DNA of 64,000 bases, from the NCBI GenBank assembly GCA_023150835.1, contig JAKLKB010000017.1:1-64000 (forward strand). The letters are read 5' to 3'. The position numbers and the translations under genes were made by a program. A model generated the notes under the pieces. That model had not been told where the DNA came from, searched no databases, and was given only the letters and a program-made list of their open reading frames with translations. How positions within the stretch are numbered: position 1 is the first letter of the stretch; every line of letters begins with the position of its first letter. Shown here one piece after another: positions 48,609 to 59,103 of this stretch. The DNA is from Myxococcota bacterium. Its GTDB lineage: Bacteria; Myxococcota_C; UBA6777.

Positions 48609-48936
48609 GTCGGGCAGATTCGAGGTTTTTGGAGCAAAGGGTGTGTTTTGTGGGGCGCTGCCCCATAGGCGCCTTGTGAAGCCATAGCTGGCCGCTCTGA
48701 CATGGGTACAAAACGCGGGCATCACGCAGAGGATATCGAAAAGAAGAGTCCACGGACAACGACCAACGGGAGTTGCGCGCTTCGCAAAGCACGGAAAGCA
48801 CGGAAAGTACGGAAAGTGTGACGGGGGGTAGGGCAGGAGAGGCGAGGAGTCAAAACAGGATTATCGACGTACGGGAATGGTTCGCTTGCGACCAAACCAG
48901 CACCATCGGCAGGAGAGGCGAGGAGTCAAAACAGGA

Positions 48937-50010
48937 TTATCGACCAAGGGCGATGGGGGCAAGCAAGGGGCGGCGTTCTTTGGAGAGGTCGGCCATGAGG
49001 GTGGGGCGTTCGGTGCGTTTGAGGAGGACTTCGTTGCGGTATCCGCAGGCATCGCCGCCGATTTGAAGGGGCAGGGGATTTTCGCAGCGGACGCGGACAG
49101 ATTGGACGAGAAAGTCGTGGAGTTGGGGATGTCGGAAGGTTCCACGCCAGACAGAGGGGAGTCCAGCGACAGCGTCAAGGACGGGCAGTTCGGCCACGCG
49201 AAGCTGCATCCGCTGTCCGTCGGTGGCAAAGGGAAAGTTTCGGAAGTGAAAACCAAAGCAAGAGACGGTGGAGACGGCGGTCATGATGGGGCGGCCTTGG
49301 AAGAGGGTTTCACCTTGAGCAAATTCGCGAACGACTTTTCCGTCGGGTCCGAGGAGTTGGGCGGTTTTGCCTTCGTTGATCACTTGGATCTCGGTGCGAC
49401 CGTTCCAGAGGAAGCTTGGGATCGCCATCAGGAAGACTGCGTTGAGGTAGCCGAGCAGGCCGCGACCAAGGAAAGAAAAGGGAGATTGTTTGAGCGAGGC
49501 GTGGAGGGCTTTGTATTTGTTGAGTGCGAGGCTATCGAAGCCGATGCCCGCAAAGGGAGCGATCTGGCCCTCGACATCGACCCAATGGTGATGGCGGAGT
49601 GCGATATCGTGTTGGTGGTTTTGCAGACGCTCAAGCAAGGGGAGGATATGGCGATCTCCGCCAAGGGAGGCAGCGACGGCATTTCCCGTGCCAAAGGGCA
49701 AGACGCCAAAGGCTGGAAGGCGGCGCGGCAAGCGGTCGTTGCTTTGGAGGTGTTGGAGTGCGGTCATGGCTTGGAGTAAAGAGCCGTCTCCACCACCGAC
49801 AAGCAGGATATCGTATTGCTGAAGATAGATCTCGCGGAAGGCATCTTGGGCTTCTTCGAGAGAGCGGGTGAAAAAAAGATCGCTCATGGGGACGTAGGGA
49901 CGGAGTTTTTCGACAAGGCGGGGGGAGATCCGTCGTGCGTTGCCATTGAGCAAGACGCCAAAACGGAGCTTTGCGGGAAGGTAGGGTGTATGGGTCAAAG
50001 GTCGAAGCAT
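48937..50010 (-). CDS. Diacylglycerol/lipid kinase family protein
   Basis: LNGNAR, GGGDGS, LPFGTGNA, FAGIGFD, QIGGD. Confidence 0.88.
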   Translation of the reverse strand: MLRPLTHTPYLPAKLRFGVLLNGNARRISPRLVEKLRPYVPMSDLFFTRSLEEAQDAFREIYLQQYDILLVGGGDGSLLQAMTALQHLQSNDRLPRRLPAFGVLPFGTGNAVAASLGGDRHILPLLERLQNHQHDIALRHHHWVDVEGQIAPFAGIGFDSLALNKYKALHASLKQSPFSFLGRGLLGYLNAVFLMAIPSFLWNGRTEIQVINEGKTAQLLGPDGKVVREFAQGETLFQGRPIMTAVSTVSCFGFHFRNFPFATDGQRMQLRVAELPVLDAVAGLPSVWRGTFRHPQLHDFLVQSVRVRCENPLPLQIGGDACGYRNEVLLKRTERPTLMADLSKERRPLLAPIALGR

Positions 50011-50232
50011 GGCGCTTTCCCTTTATGTTGTGGGTGACAAAAAGGTGACAAACAGATGGCGCGAAGTTTTTCAAAAAACGTACCAGTGAAAGGAACGAAG
50101 CAAATGATTTGAAATGATTGAGTTTTTGAGCGAGCAAAAAAGCGGAAGAGGTGCGAAAGGAGTGAGAAGGTACCAAGATGGTGCGAAGGCGTGTTCGCGG
50201 TGTGGAGGTGAGGGGAGGGAATGGGCGGGAGC

Positions 50233-50973
50233 TTAGGCGTATTCGAGGAAAGCGCGGGTGCGCGGGTCTTTGGGTGCGTCGAGGACTTGTTCAGCGGCGC
50301 CGGATTCGACGACTTCGCCGGACTCCATGTAAAGGATCTGATCGGCAAGGCCGCGCAAGAAGCGGATGGAGTGGGTGACAAGGACAAGGGTGCTGCCTTG
50401 GCGAACGAATTCGTTGAAGATCTCGCGGACATCGGAGCTTCGTTTGGGGTCGAGGGCGCTGGTGGGTTCGTCGAGAAAGAGGATCTTGGGCTTCATCATG
50501 AGGGCGCGGATAATGGCGACGCGCTGCTGTTCACCGCCCGAGAGGGCATCGGGCCGTCGGTGGGCGGTGTGGGCGATGCCAAAGCGTTCGAGCCAGCGTT
50601 CGCCTTCTGCGATGGCTTGATCGCGGGAGATGTTGGCGACGTAAAGGGGGGCTTCGATGACGTTTTGAAGAGCCGTTTTATGAGGGAAGAGGTAGAGATG
50701 TTGAAAGACCATACCGACTTGACGGCGAAGGGATTGGAGGCGTTTTTTGTAATCTTTTTCGGAGAGGGTGGGCAAGAGGTCGATATCTCCACATCGGACT
50801 CGGCCTTGTTCAAAGCGCGAGAGTCCGTTGATGCAGCGCATGAGCGTGGTTTTTCCAGAGCCAGAGCCTCCGATGATGCCTAAGGCGGAGCCTCGGGGGA
50901 TATCGACATTCAGGCCGTGTAAAACGCGCTTGCCTTGAAAGAATTTTTCGAGTCCAGAAACGTGGATCATCAT
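50233..50973 (-). CDS. Polar amino acid ABC transporter ATP-binding protein
   Basis: GGSGSGKTT, GMVFQHLYLFPH, LSGGEQQRVAI, LDEPTSALDP. Confidence 0.93.
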   Translation of the reverse strand: MMIHVSGLEKFFQGKRVLHGLNVDIPRGSALGIIGGSGSGKTTLMRCINGLSRFEQGRVRCGDIDLLPTLSEKDYKKRLQSLRRQVGMVFQHLYLFPHKTALQNVIEAPLYVANISRDQAIAEGERWLERFGIAHTAHRRPDALSGGEQQRVAIIRALMMKPKILFLDEPTSALDPKRSSDVREIFNEFVRQGSTLVLVTHSIRFLRGLADQILYMESGEVVESGAAEQVLDAPKDPRTRAFLEYA

Positions 50974-50994
50974 GGCCTCCTTGGGTGGCAGAGA

Positions 50995-52698
50995 TCAGGC
51001 TTTTGGGTTGTCTTGTGGATTGGGGCCTTGCAGCCGCGTTTCGAGGCTGCGGGCCAGATAGGATAAGGGGACGCTCATCGCGAGGTAAAACAAAGAGGTC
51101 AGCGCGCCAAGGACCATAAATTTCTGCGATGCGCTTGCGAGTTCGCGGTAGGCGGTGGCGAGTTCCCACACAGAGATCGCGAAGGCAACAGAAGTGTCCT
51201 TAAAGAGGGCGACAAAGTCGTTGGTCATCGGTGGGAGGGCCACCCGAAAGGCTTGTGGAAAGATCACGCGGCGAAAGGTCAACCAAGGCCCCATGCCAAG
51301 GACAGCCGCAGCTTCCCATTGTCCGGCAGGGATCGATTGGAGAGCGGTGCGGTAGACTTGGGATTCGTAGGCGGCATAGTTGAGACCAAGACCGAGGATC
51401 GCGGTGAGCCAGTTGGGGATCGTGATGCCCACCATCGGCAAACTAAAGTAGAGGAAAAGCAGTTGAACAAGAACAGGGGTTCCTCGGAAGAACTCGACGT
51501 AGATGTTGCAAAGAACCCGTAGGGACGGGGAGGCGTGCAGTTGTCCGAGGGCGATCAGGAGGCCAAGGAGCATGGCGATCAACATCGCGCCAAAGGCAAG
51601 ACCGATGGTGATCAAGGCCGCCATAGCGAGGCGTTTGAAGGCATTGGGCCAGCTAAAATGAAGGCTGGTGATCTCGTATTTGGCGGTTCCTGCGGCGAGT
51701 TCTTTTTGGATATCGTCCCACAGCCGCCATTTGCGTAGAATGCGCTCTAGCGTACCGTCTTGGGCGATGCGCTCGATGGCGTGGTCGATCTTTTGTTTGA
51801 GCAGGGTGTCTTGTTTGCGCAGCCCGATGATGTAGGCCCCGCGATGAAAGGGCGGTCCTGCGGGCTTGAACTTGGGGCTGTTGGCAAAGTAAAGGGCGAT
51901 CGGATAGTCGAGCAGGACGGCATCAATACGCCCGATCTCAAGGTCTTTGTAAGCGACGCTTTGATCATCATAGCCGCGATAGCGGAGTTTTTTTGATTCC
52001 AAAAGCCTCGATGCTGCGGTGTTGTCGAGCGTTCCAATCAATCGGCCTTTGCAATCGTCAAGCGTCTTGATCTTGGTTTCTTGTTTTCGGACGGTGAGTT
52101 GTTGGCGAAAGATATAGTAGGGCTTGCTAAAGGCGATGACTTTGGCGCGATCGCTGGTGGGTTCGAGGCCGTTGACGATGATATCGAAGGTGTTGCGTTG
52201 GAGATCAGGAACAAGGGTGGCCCAGTTTGCGCGATGAAAGCGGTTGGGAACTCCCAAGACTTTGCTGATGGCGTCGACGATCTCCTTCTCGAATCCGATG
52301 AGTTGGTTAGGATCTTGGGGAGAGTAGAAGACAAACGGCATCCCACCGCTCGAATCCGCCCCCCAACGCAAGACAAAGCCTTTGGGAAGTTGGCCGTCGC
52401 TGGATTGCGATAGATTCGATGGGATGGGCTTGGGAGAGGATTGGGAGGGAGAGGTGGTGGAGAGCGCGGGTGTGCGGAGGGTTGGAGGAAGAGGGGTGCG
52501 TGGTTTGGAGGGGGCGGTGGTGGGTAATGTGTTCAAAGAGGCGGAGGGAACGAGATTTTTGGAGGTTGGTCGAGAGGCGGGAGGATGGGCGCGGGTGATG
52601 CGTTCGGAAAGGAACAGAGCAAACAGGGCAAACAGCCATTGGAGAAGCCGATGAGGAGGGGGGTGACAGCGAGCATCCGAGGGGGGGTTAGGGGGCAT
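50995..52698 (-). CDS. Amino acid ABC transporter, fused substrate-binding protein/permease
   Basis: Start re-set to MPPNPP (GGAG RBS). SBP_bac_3-like domain (FSKPYY), then YVEFFRGTPVLVQL..GQWEAA..KDTS. Confidence 0.9.
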   Translation of the reverse strand: MPPNPPSDARCHPPPHRLLQWLFALFALFLSERITRAHPPASRPTSKNLVPSASLNTLPTTAPSKPRTPLPPTLRTPALSTTSPSQSSPKPIPSNLSQSSDGQLPKGFVLRWGADSSGGMPFVFYSPQDPNQLIGFEKEIVDAISKVLGVPNRFHRANWATLVPDLQRNTFDIIVNGLEPTSDRAKVIAFSKPYYIFRQQLTVRKQETKIKTLDDCKGRLIGTLDNTAASRLLESKKLRYRGYDDQSVAYKDLEIGRIDAVLLDYPIALYFANSPKFKPAGPPFHRGAYIIGLRKQDTLLKQKIDHAIERIAQDGTLERILRKWRLWDDIQKELAAGTAKYEITSLHFSWPNAFKRLAMAALITIGLAFGAMLIAMLLGLLIALGQLHASPSLRVLCNIYVEFFRGTPVLVQLLFLYFSLPMVGITIPNWLTAILGLGLNYAAYESQVYRTALQSIPAGQWEAAAVLGMGPWLTFRRVIFPQAFRVALPPMTNDFVALFKDTSVAFAISVWELATAYRELASASQKFMVLGALTSLFYLAMSVPLSYLARSLETRLQGPNPQDNPKA

Positions 52699-52903
52699 TC
52701 TGTTCTCCGGGTGAGTGGGGGTGCAAAGAAGCGCGGCGTTTGGTGTTGTGGTGAGGACACCAGAACAGGCATCCACCAAGTCGATCGGCCCAAGGGCGTC
52801 CAGTTTGGGCTAGTGACGCAGAAATCTGCGCTCTTATTCTACAAGGTCAAGGTTTTGTTTGGTGGGATGCTGCTGGGCGGTCGGCGAGGAGTCTTTTGCG
52901 ATA

Positions 52904-54352
52904 TCAATCTTCTGCGGGAGGAGGAGCGGCTTCGGCCTTGGCGAAGTGTTGTTTCCAACGTATGCCACAAAGGGCCAAGAATAGGGCGCTTTGGAGGATG
53001 GCGGAGAAGAGCAGGGTGAGAAAGTTGGGGGGTGTGGAGCGCGAGAGGACGTGGTAGTTGAGGGGCATGATGTAGAAGGAGAGATCGTGGAATTGGAGTT
53101 GGTTAAGGATATTCGGGAAGATTAGGTAGAGCAAAAACAAGTAGATGATCGAGATAAAGTCGCTATTTTTGCTTGAAGGAGACAGGGCGTTCCAGAGGAT
53201 AAGCGAGACGTCGCGCAAGATAAAGAAAAAGATGGTCCAAAGAAAGATAGTGAGATTGATGTTGTAGCCTTGGGGGGTGAGTTTGAGGAATTGAGGGGCA
53301 GCCCAGAGGGTCAGGACCAGTAGCAAAAGAAAGAGGGCGACGTTGATGAACCACGCGGGGATGTGGACAAAGAAGTCGAGGATGCGGCGTTCTTTGGCGG
53401 CTTGGAGGAGCTTGCGAAAGCCGACGGGATCTTTGGGTTCGATCAGCATGGTGAGGTAGACCAAGCCGATGGCAAGGGGCATACAGGTGACAAACTTGGG
53501 GAAGAGTTGTTGTTGGAGCGGGCCACCGAATTCGGGGGCCATCAGCGGATTTTGGAAGAGAAAGCGTTCCCAGTTGTAGGCAAAGCCAGCAGCGTAGGTC
53601 AGCAGATAAAGGACAAAGAGCAGCCAGATCAGCGGGCTGTTGGTGTATTGTTGTTGGATGCGCATGGATCGGTACAAGCCGAGTAGGCTCCATCCGACAA
53701 AGAGGTAGAGAGAAAGTAGCGTAAAGTTGATGAGATGTTTTCCGATGTTGATCTGATACCAGTAGACGTTGATCTCAAGGGTGTTGCCTTTTCGGAAAAA
53801 ATGACGGATAGCTTCGGTCAAGAGGACACTGGCGGGGACAACGAGCGCAAAGAAAAAGAACAAAGAGACGGCAACGCCAAGCCAGCGATTTCCGGGTTTT
53901 TGTCCGAACCCGGGCTGTCGGATGAGTTGCAAACTGACCATCATGGCGAAGGCTTGGAGTGAGACGGCCACGCCAACAAGGAAGAGAATAATTTGTCCGA
54001 TGGAGATCGGGCTATTTTTGAGACCGGCGAGGGCAAAGATACCAAGGCTGATCAGCGCACCATACCAAGGCGCAAGAGTCGAGCCGAGCAGCTTTCCCCA
54101 AGCCATCGTCCAAGGAGAAAGGGCAGACATCCTCTGCCAGTCCCAAGTGCGGTCTGTCACTTCTTTGGGGATCGCGCCAAAAGCAGCGCGCACCCCCCAC
54201 ATCACGCCGAGCGTAAGGAAGCCAAACAGCCCAACAAACGAGGTGGCTTGTTTGGGTAAGGCGATGGCCAATCCGATCAACACAAGGGGTAAAAGGATCA
54301 GCCGTTGTACGGAAAGTTCGAGCCATGCGTACCGCTGGAGCTCTGGATTCAT
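52904..54352 (-). CDS. ABC transporter permease-like multi-TM protein
   Basis: Start re-set to MNPELQR (GGAGG RBS). EVTDRTWDWQRMSALSPW..WGKLLG; follows the ATPase gene. Confidence 0.75.
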   Translation of the reverse strand: MNPELQRYAWLELSVQRLILLPLVLIGLAIALPKQATSFVGLFGFLTLGVMWGVRAAFGAIPKEVTDRTWDWQRMSALSPWTMAWGKLLGSTLAPWYGALISLGIFALAGLKNSPISIGQIILFLVGVAVSLQAFAMMVSLQLIRQPGFGQKPGNRWLGVAVSLFFFFALVVPASVLLTEAIRHFFRKGNTLEINVYWYQINIGKHLINFTLLSLYLFVGWSLLGLYRSMRIQQQYTNSPLIWLLFVLYLLTYAAGFAYNWERFLFQNPLMAPEFGGPLQQQLFPKFVTCMPLAIGLVYLTMLIEPKDPVGFRKLLQAAKERRILDFFVHIPAWFINVALFLLLLVLTLWAAPQFLKLTPQGYNINLTIFLWTIFFFILRDVSLILWNALSPSSKNSDFISIIYLFLLYLIFPNILNQLQFHDLSFYIMPLNYHVLSRSTPPNFLTLLFSAILQSALFLALCGIRWKQHFAKAEAAPPPAED

Positions 54353-54419
54353 CAGCAACCTCCGATGGGGTTGAGAGCTAGGAGAAAGAAGCCCGTATGG
54401 ATGGGGCTGGTGCAGTGGA

Positions 54420-54548
54420 CAAAAACCCCGTGTTTGCAGCCGTATCAAGCGGTGGCGTAGTTGGTTTAACAAACGGCTGATCGTCCCGCCAATACGGGGT
54501 CAAGGGGCCTGTGGTCCCTTGTGGGGTATGGGGTGAAACCCCACAAAA
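54420..54548 (-). repeat. Dispersed element, copy H (inside the ABC operon)
   Basis: Reverse complement reads TGGGGTTTCACCCCA..AAGGGACCACAGGCCCCTTGACCCC..AAACCAAC..CGCTTGA..AACACGGGGTTTTT. Confidence 0.78.
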
Positions 54549-54580
54549 TAGAGCAGCGGCGTCACGTGATGGGCGCATAC

Positions 54581-55504
54581 TCAGGACCGCGTAGGGGTGG
54601 GAGCGGGGCCGAGGTAAAGTTCGGAGAGATTTTCTTTTTCTTCTTGGAGTGCGCAGACAGGGACGTCTGCGAGGATCAGATGGCGTAAAAGCCTGTGTTG
54701 TGCGTCAAGATCGCCTTGAAAGAACAAGATCGCGCTTAGGTTTTCGATCTGTGTGTCTTGGATGGCATCGAATTGAGCGAGGATATCGGGGAGTCCTTGG
54801 AAGGGTCGTGCGAGGTGCAAGCGCAGACGTCGGGGGTGTTCGTGCCCTTCGAGGCGGATCGGGCGAAAGTCGCGGAGGCGACCGTCGCGGATCACCATGA
54901 GATGAGAGGAGTATTCTTCAAGTTCGCTGAGGATATGGGAAGAAACGATCAGGGTCATGCCTTCGCTTTGGAGTTGGATAAGCAGGCGAGAGAGGGTCTT
55001 TCGGGCTTCGGGGTCGAGTCCCGAGGCAGGTTCATCAAGGAGGAGGACTTTGGGGTGATGGATGATGGCTTGTCCGATGGCAAGGCGCTGACGGAGGCCA
55101 CGCGAGAGTTCGCCAGCTTTTTGTTCGAGGCGGTCGGTAAGGGCGAGACGTTCGGCAGTTTGGAGCAGGCGTTTGGGGATATCGCTTTCTTGGATTCCTC
55201 GGATGCGTGCGGCGTAGTGAAGGCTTTGTCGGATGGTGAGTTGATCATAGAGGCCGAAAAAGTCAGAGAGATAGCCCAGTCGCCGTTGACAGGCGTGGGG
55301 ATCGACGGTGGTTTGGATACCTTCGATCTTGACATGGCCCGAAAAGGGTTGAACAAGGGCGGCGATGCAGCGCATAAGCGTGGTTTTCCCTGCACCGTTG
55401 GGGCCGACAAGAGCAACGATGCTGCCTTCTTGGATGGTAAAGCTGACGCCAAAGAGGACGCGGCGTGTGGGGTATTCGAAGACCAGATCTTCAACGGTGA
55501 TCAA
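54581..55504 (-). CDS. ABC-2 type ATP-binding protein
   Basis: GPNGAGKTT, LSRGLRQR, LLDEPASGLDP, SSHILSE. Confidence 0.93.
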   Translation of the reverse strand: MITVEDLVFEYPTRRVLFGVSFTIQEGSIVALVGPNGAGKTTLMRCIAALVQPFSGHVKIEGIQTTVDPHACQRRLGYLSDFFGLYDQLTIRQSLHYAARIRGIQESDIPKRLLQTAERLALTDRLEQKAGELSRGLRQRLAIGQAIIHHPKVLLLDEPASGLDPEARKTLSRLLIQLQSEGMTLIVSSHILSELEEYSSHLMVIRDGRLRDFRPIRLEGHEHPRRLRLHLARPFQGLPDILAQFDAIQDTQIENLSAILFFQGDLDAQHRLLRHLILADVPVCALQEEKENLSELYLGPAPTPTRS

Positions 55505-55760
55505 CGCACAAATCTCCCTTGTGGTGGCCCATCGAGGTCAAGATATTGTGGATCGGGCGGTAGATTGGGCAATCTCTTTTGCGATGGGGCGTGTCATGAG
55601 GCGCAGCCTTCTATGGGTGGGCAAGGTTAGGTCTGCGGTAGGGCAAGCGTCAAGAGGGAGATCGATCGTGGGGAGAAAAAAGATCGAACCCGTTTTTTGC
55701 AAAAGGCGTAAGATGGCCCCCTTTTGCGATGGAGCGTCCTTAACCTAGACGGAGGCAGCG

Positions 55761-57053
55761 ATGGGCGATCGGATCTTGGGCATTGATTATGGGACCACCA
55801 ACTCGGCGATGGCGACTTTTTCGGGGGATGCCTTGCGCTTGGCGTCGTTTTCTTTGCATGGGGAGCCGACGCAAGTGTTTCGGTCGGTGCTGTATTGTTC
55901 GCTCGATCAAAGCGAGGCGTTGGGAGAGCCCGTGATGTTTGCAGGGCCGCGTGCGATCGAGATGTATTTGGAGGAAGGTGGGACGGGGCGTTGGATCCAA
56001 AGTACCAAGAGTTTTTTGGCGAGTGCATCGTTTGAGGGGACGCGGATCTTCAATCGGTTTTATCGGGTAGATGAGATGGTCGCGATCTTTTTGCATGCGA
56101 TGCGAAGACAAGTAGAGCAAGCATGGGGAGATATCGGGACACGGGCGGTCGTGGGGCGTCCTGTGCGTTTTGTGGGCGCAAAGAGCGAAGAAGATGAGAC
56201 GTTGGCGTTAGAGCGTTTGCGTGGAGCTTTTGGGATGGTGGGGTTGACGGAGATCGATCTGGTGTATGAGCCCGTGGCTGCGGCGAGTCAGTACGAGGCG
56301 GGTTTGGATCACGATGAATGTATCTTGGTGGCGGACTTTGGTGGCGGAACAACGGATCTTTGTGTGATGCGCGTGGGTCCGAAGTCTCGGGATCTTTCGG
56401 ATGAAGCGCGGATCTTGGCGGTGGATGGGGTGGGTTTGGCGGGAGATGCGTTTGATGGTCGGGTGGTGTATGCGTGGTTGTGTCCGTATCTTGGGCTGGG
56501 GACGTCGTATCGGTCGGAGTTTGGTAGCGTGTTTCCGATGCCTGTTTGGCCGTACCACTCGATGATGCGGTGGCATCATGTGGCGTTGTTGCATGAAAAG
56601 AAAACGCTCAAACAATTGTACGATATCGCAGCGCGTTCATTGGAGCCGAAAAAGGTGCGTTTGTTGATCGATTGCATCGAACAAGAGATGGGCTTCCATA
56701 TCTATCAGGCCGTAGAGCAGGGCAAGATCGAGCTTTCTCGCGACTCCCATGCGCTGTTTTCTTTTCGGGAACTGGAGCAGCCGATCGAAGAGAGATTGGC
56801 GCGTTCGCAATTTGAGTCGTGGATCGATGCCGAATTAAACGAGATCGCTGCGTGTTGTCACCGCATCTTGGAAAAGACAGGGCTACAGCCCCAAGACATC
56901 GATCGCGTGTTTATGACGGGTGGAACGGCGTTTGTGCCTTCTGTGCGACGGATCTTTGCGGAACGTTTTGGCGAGCAAAAGCTAGGGGGCGGCAATGAAC
57001 TGACTTCGGTGGTGAGTGGTCTTGCGCAAGTGGCCCGTCATCGGGGGATGTAG
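55761..57053 (+). CDS. Hsp70-family protein (YegD-like)
   Basis: GIDYGTTNS, VVGRPVRF, EPVAAA, DFGGGTTD, MTGGTAFVP. Confidence 0.9.
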   Translation: MGDRILGIDYGTTNSAMATFSGDALRLASFSLHGEPTQVFRSVLYCSLDQSEALGEPVMFAGPRAIEMYLEEGGTGRWIQSTKSFLASASFEGTRIFNRFYRVDEMVAIFLHAMRRQVEQAWGDIGTRAVVGRPVRFVGAKSEEDETLALERLRGAFGMVGLTEIDLVYEPVAAASQYEAGLDHDECILVADFGGGTTDLCVMRVGPKSRDLSDEARILAVDGVGLAGDAFDGRVVYAWLCPYLGLGTSYRSEFGSVFPMPVWPYHSMMRWHHVALLHEKKTLKQLYDIAARSLEPKKVRLLIDCIEQEMGFHIYQAVEQGKIELSRDSHALFSFRELEQPIEERLARSQFESWIDAELNEIAACCHRILEKTGLQPQDIDRVFMTGGTAFVPSVRRIFAERFGEQKLGGGNELTSVVSGLAQVARHRGM

Positions 57054-57231
57054 AGCGTGCAGGAAAAAAAACACGCGGGGGGGAACGCAAAAGAATTTTT
57101 GAGGCATAGACAACAGGCATTCGACTATCTGCTTGATCTGCGCCCAAGTTTTTGACTTTGCTTGGGCGGGTCGGTACATACGTTGTTTGGAAGCCAAAAG
57201 GCTTCTTTCAAAATCTGTCGTAAGGTGTGTC

Positions 57232-59040
57232 ATGCACGCATTTCCGTTTTTTGCCTTCTCCAAAAATCCGTCTGACGGGGCTTTGCTGCGTCGGAGGTTT
57301 CGTTTCCTTGCGGGTTCGTTGTTGTTTTGTATTGGATTCTTTGTGTACGCGCCGATGTTTGGTGGCTGTACGGCTCCTGAATCTTCGCGATGTAGCGAAG
57401 ACGTTTGCAAATTGACGCTGAATCGGACGTGTAGCGTCAACGAGGACTGTTGCTGCCAACAAGCCTGCGTCGGAGGAAATTGCATCCCAAGCGGGGGCGA
57501 AACGACGACCGAAACGGCGACCGAAACAACGACCGAAGGTGTCGCAACCACCGAAGAGATCGTGACAGACGGTTCGTCAGAATCTTCTCTCGAAGCGTTG
57601 CCAGACGGCACTCCTCAAGAGCAGTCCACAGAAACCACCAAGCCAGACGAGTCTTTACAAGAACAACCCCCACAAGAACAACCCCCACAAGAACAACCCC
57701 CACAAGAACAACCTGTGGAGCAACCGCCCGTGTGTACGCCAAATCAGACGCGCCCGTGCAAGTATTCGGGTCCTCCGGGGACGGAGGGAAAAGGCGAATG
57801 CAAAGCAGGGTCGCAAACTTGCGCCAACAACGCATGGGGGCCGTGTCAAGGAGAGATCTTACCCACGCAAGAAGCTTGTGATGGCAAAGACAACAACTGT
57901 GACGGTCGCGTCGACGAAGGATGCCAGTGCAGCAATGGGCAAACGCAAGACTGCTACAGCGGTCGTGTCGGATGCGTCAACCAAAACGGCTCGTGGCAAT
58001 GCACGTCGCCTTGCCAAAAAGGCTCACAAACCTGCCAAGGCAATCGGTGGGGGGCTTGCCAAGGCGAGAGCCTACCCCAAAAAGAGACTTGTGACGGCAA
58101 AGACAACGACTGCGACGGACAAGTCGACGAAGATTTCCCGACCAAAGGTCAAAGCTGCACAGGCGGTCAAGGAGCGTGCGTCACAAACGGAAAGCTTGTT
58201 TGTAAGTCCGATGGTTCGGGCGTAGAGTGCGATGCGCAGCCGTCTTCAGGAACAACCGAGATCTGCGATGGCAAAGACAACGATTGCAACGGACAAGTTG
58301 ACGAAACCTTCCCAACCAAAGGCCAATCCTGCTCGGTGGGGCGCGGCGAATGCGAGCAAACAGGGACGCTGATCTGTCGAACGGACGGAACAGGCGTCAC
58401 TTGTGGAGCCACGCCGAAGGCTCCCAAACAAGAAGAATGTAACGGAAAAGACGATGATTGCGATGGGAACGTCGACGAAGATCTGGTGAGAGATTGCTCG
58501 CCCGCCCCTGCGGATGTCAACAAAGGCATTTGTCGTGCGGGGTTGCAGACTTGCTTCAATGGTCAGTGGGGAGCGTGTCGTGGAGAGATCACGAAATGGC
58601 AAGACGAGCGATGCACCCAACAAGGCGACTCTGTCCGAGACGAAGATTGCGATGGTCAAACAGACGAAAACTGCGGATGTCAGCGCGGAAACACGCGCAG
58701 TTGTGGCACCGATGTTGGCGAGTGTAAGCAAGGGACGCAAACCTGCGCTGGAGCGGGCGCGAACGCCACGTGGGGAGCCTGTAATGGAGGCGTGAACCCT
58801 GTTGTGGAGATCTGCGATGGCAAAGACAACGACTGCGATGGAAGCACCGACGAAAACTGGCCTGCGAAGGGCAAACCTTGTTCGGTGGGGCGCGGTGAAT
58901 GCGCAAAAATCGGCCAGTATGTTTGCAAAGCCGATGGATCGGGCCTTGAGTGCAGCGCGCAGCCCGGAACACCCGCTCAAGAAGTGTGCGACGGAAAAGA
59001 CAACAACTGCGATGGGCGTATTGATGAAAACTGCCCATAA
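57232..59040 (+). CDS. Cys-rich surface lipoprotein with repeated putative metal-binding (MopE-like) motifs
   Basis: Lipobox-like FGGC; about 7 copies of E.CDGKDNDCDG..DE. Confidence 0.85.
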   Translation: MHAFPFFAFSKNPSDGALLRRRFRFLAGSLLFCIGFFVYAPMFGGCTAPESSRCSEDVCKLTLNRTCSVNEDCCCQQACVGGNCIPSGGETTTETATETTTEGVATTEEIVTDGSSESSLEALPDGTPQEQSTETTKPDESLQEQPPQEQPPQEQPPQEQPVEQPPVCTPNQTRPCKYSGPPGTEGKGECKAGSQTCANNAWGPCQGEILPTQEACDGKDNNCDGRVDEGCQCSNGQTQDCYSGRVGCVNQNGSWQCTSPCQKGSQTCQGNRWGACQGESLPQKETCDGKDNDCDGQVDEDFPTKGQSCTGGQGACVTNGKLVCKSDGSGVECDAQPSSGTTEICDGKDNDCNGQVDETFPTKGQSCSVGRGECEQTGTLICRTDGTGVTCGATPKAPKQEECNGKDDDCDGNVDEDLVRDCSPAPADVNKGICRAGLQTCFNGQWGACRGEITKWQDERCTQQGDSVRDEDCDGQTDENCGCQRGNTRSCGTDVGECKQGTQTCAGAGANATWGACNGGVNPVVEICDGKDNDCDGSTDENWPAKGKPCSVGRGECAKIGQYVCKADGSGLECSAQPGTPAQEVCDGKDNNCDGRIDENCP

Positions 59041-59103
59041 TCAAGCTCTTTTTTTGGCACAATGCCCTGCTTTCCTTCTGCTCGCAAGGAGTCGATTTCT
59101 TCG

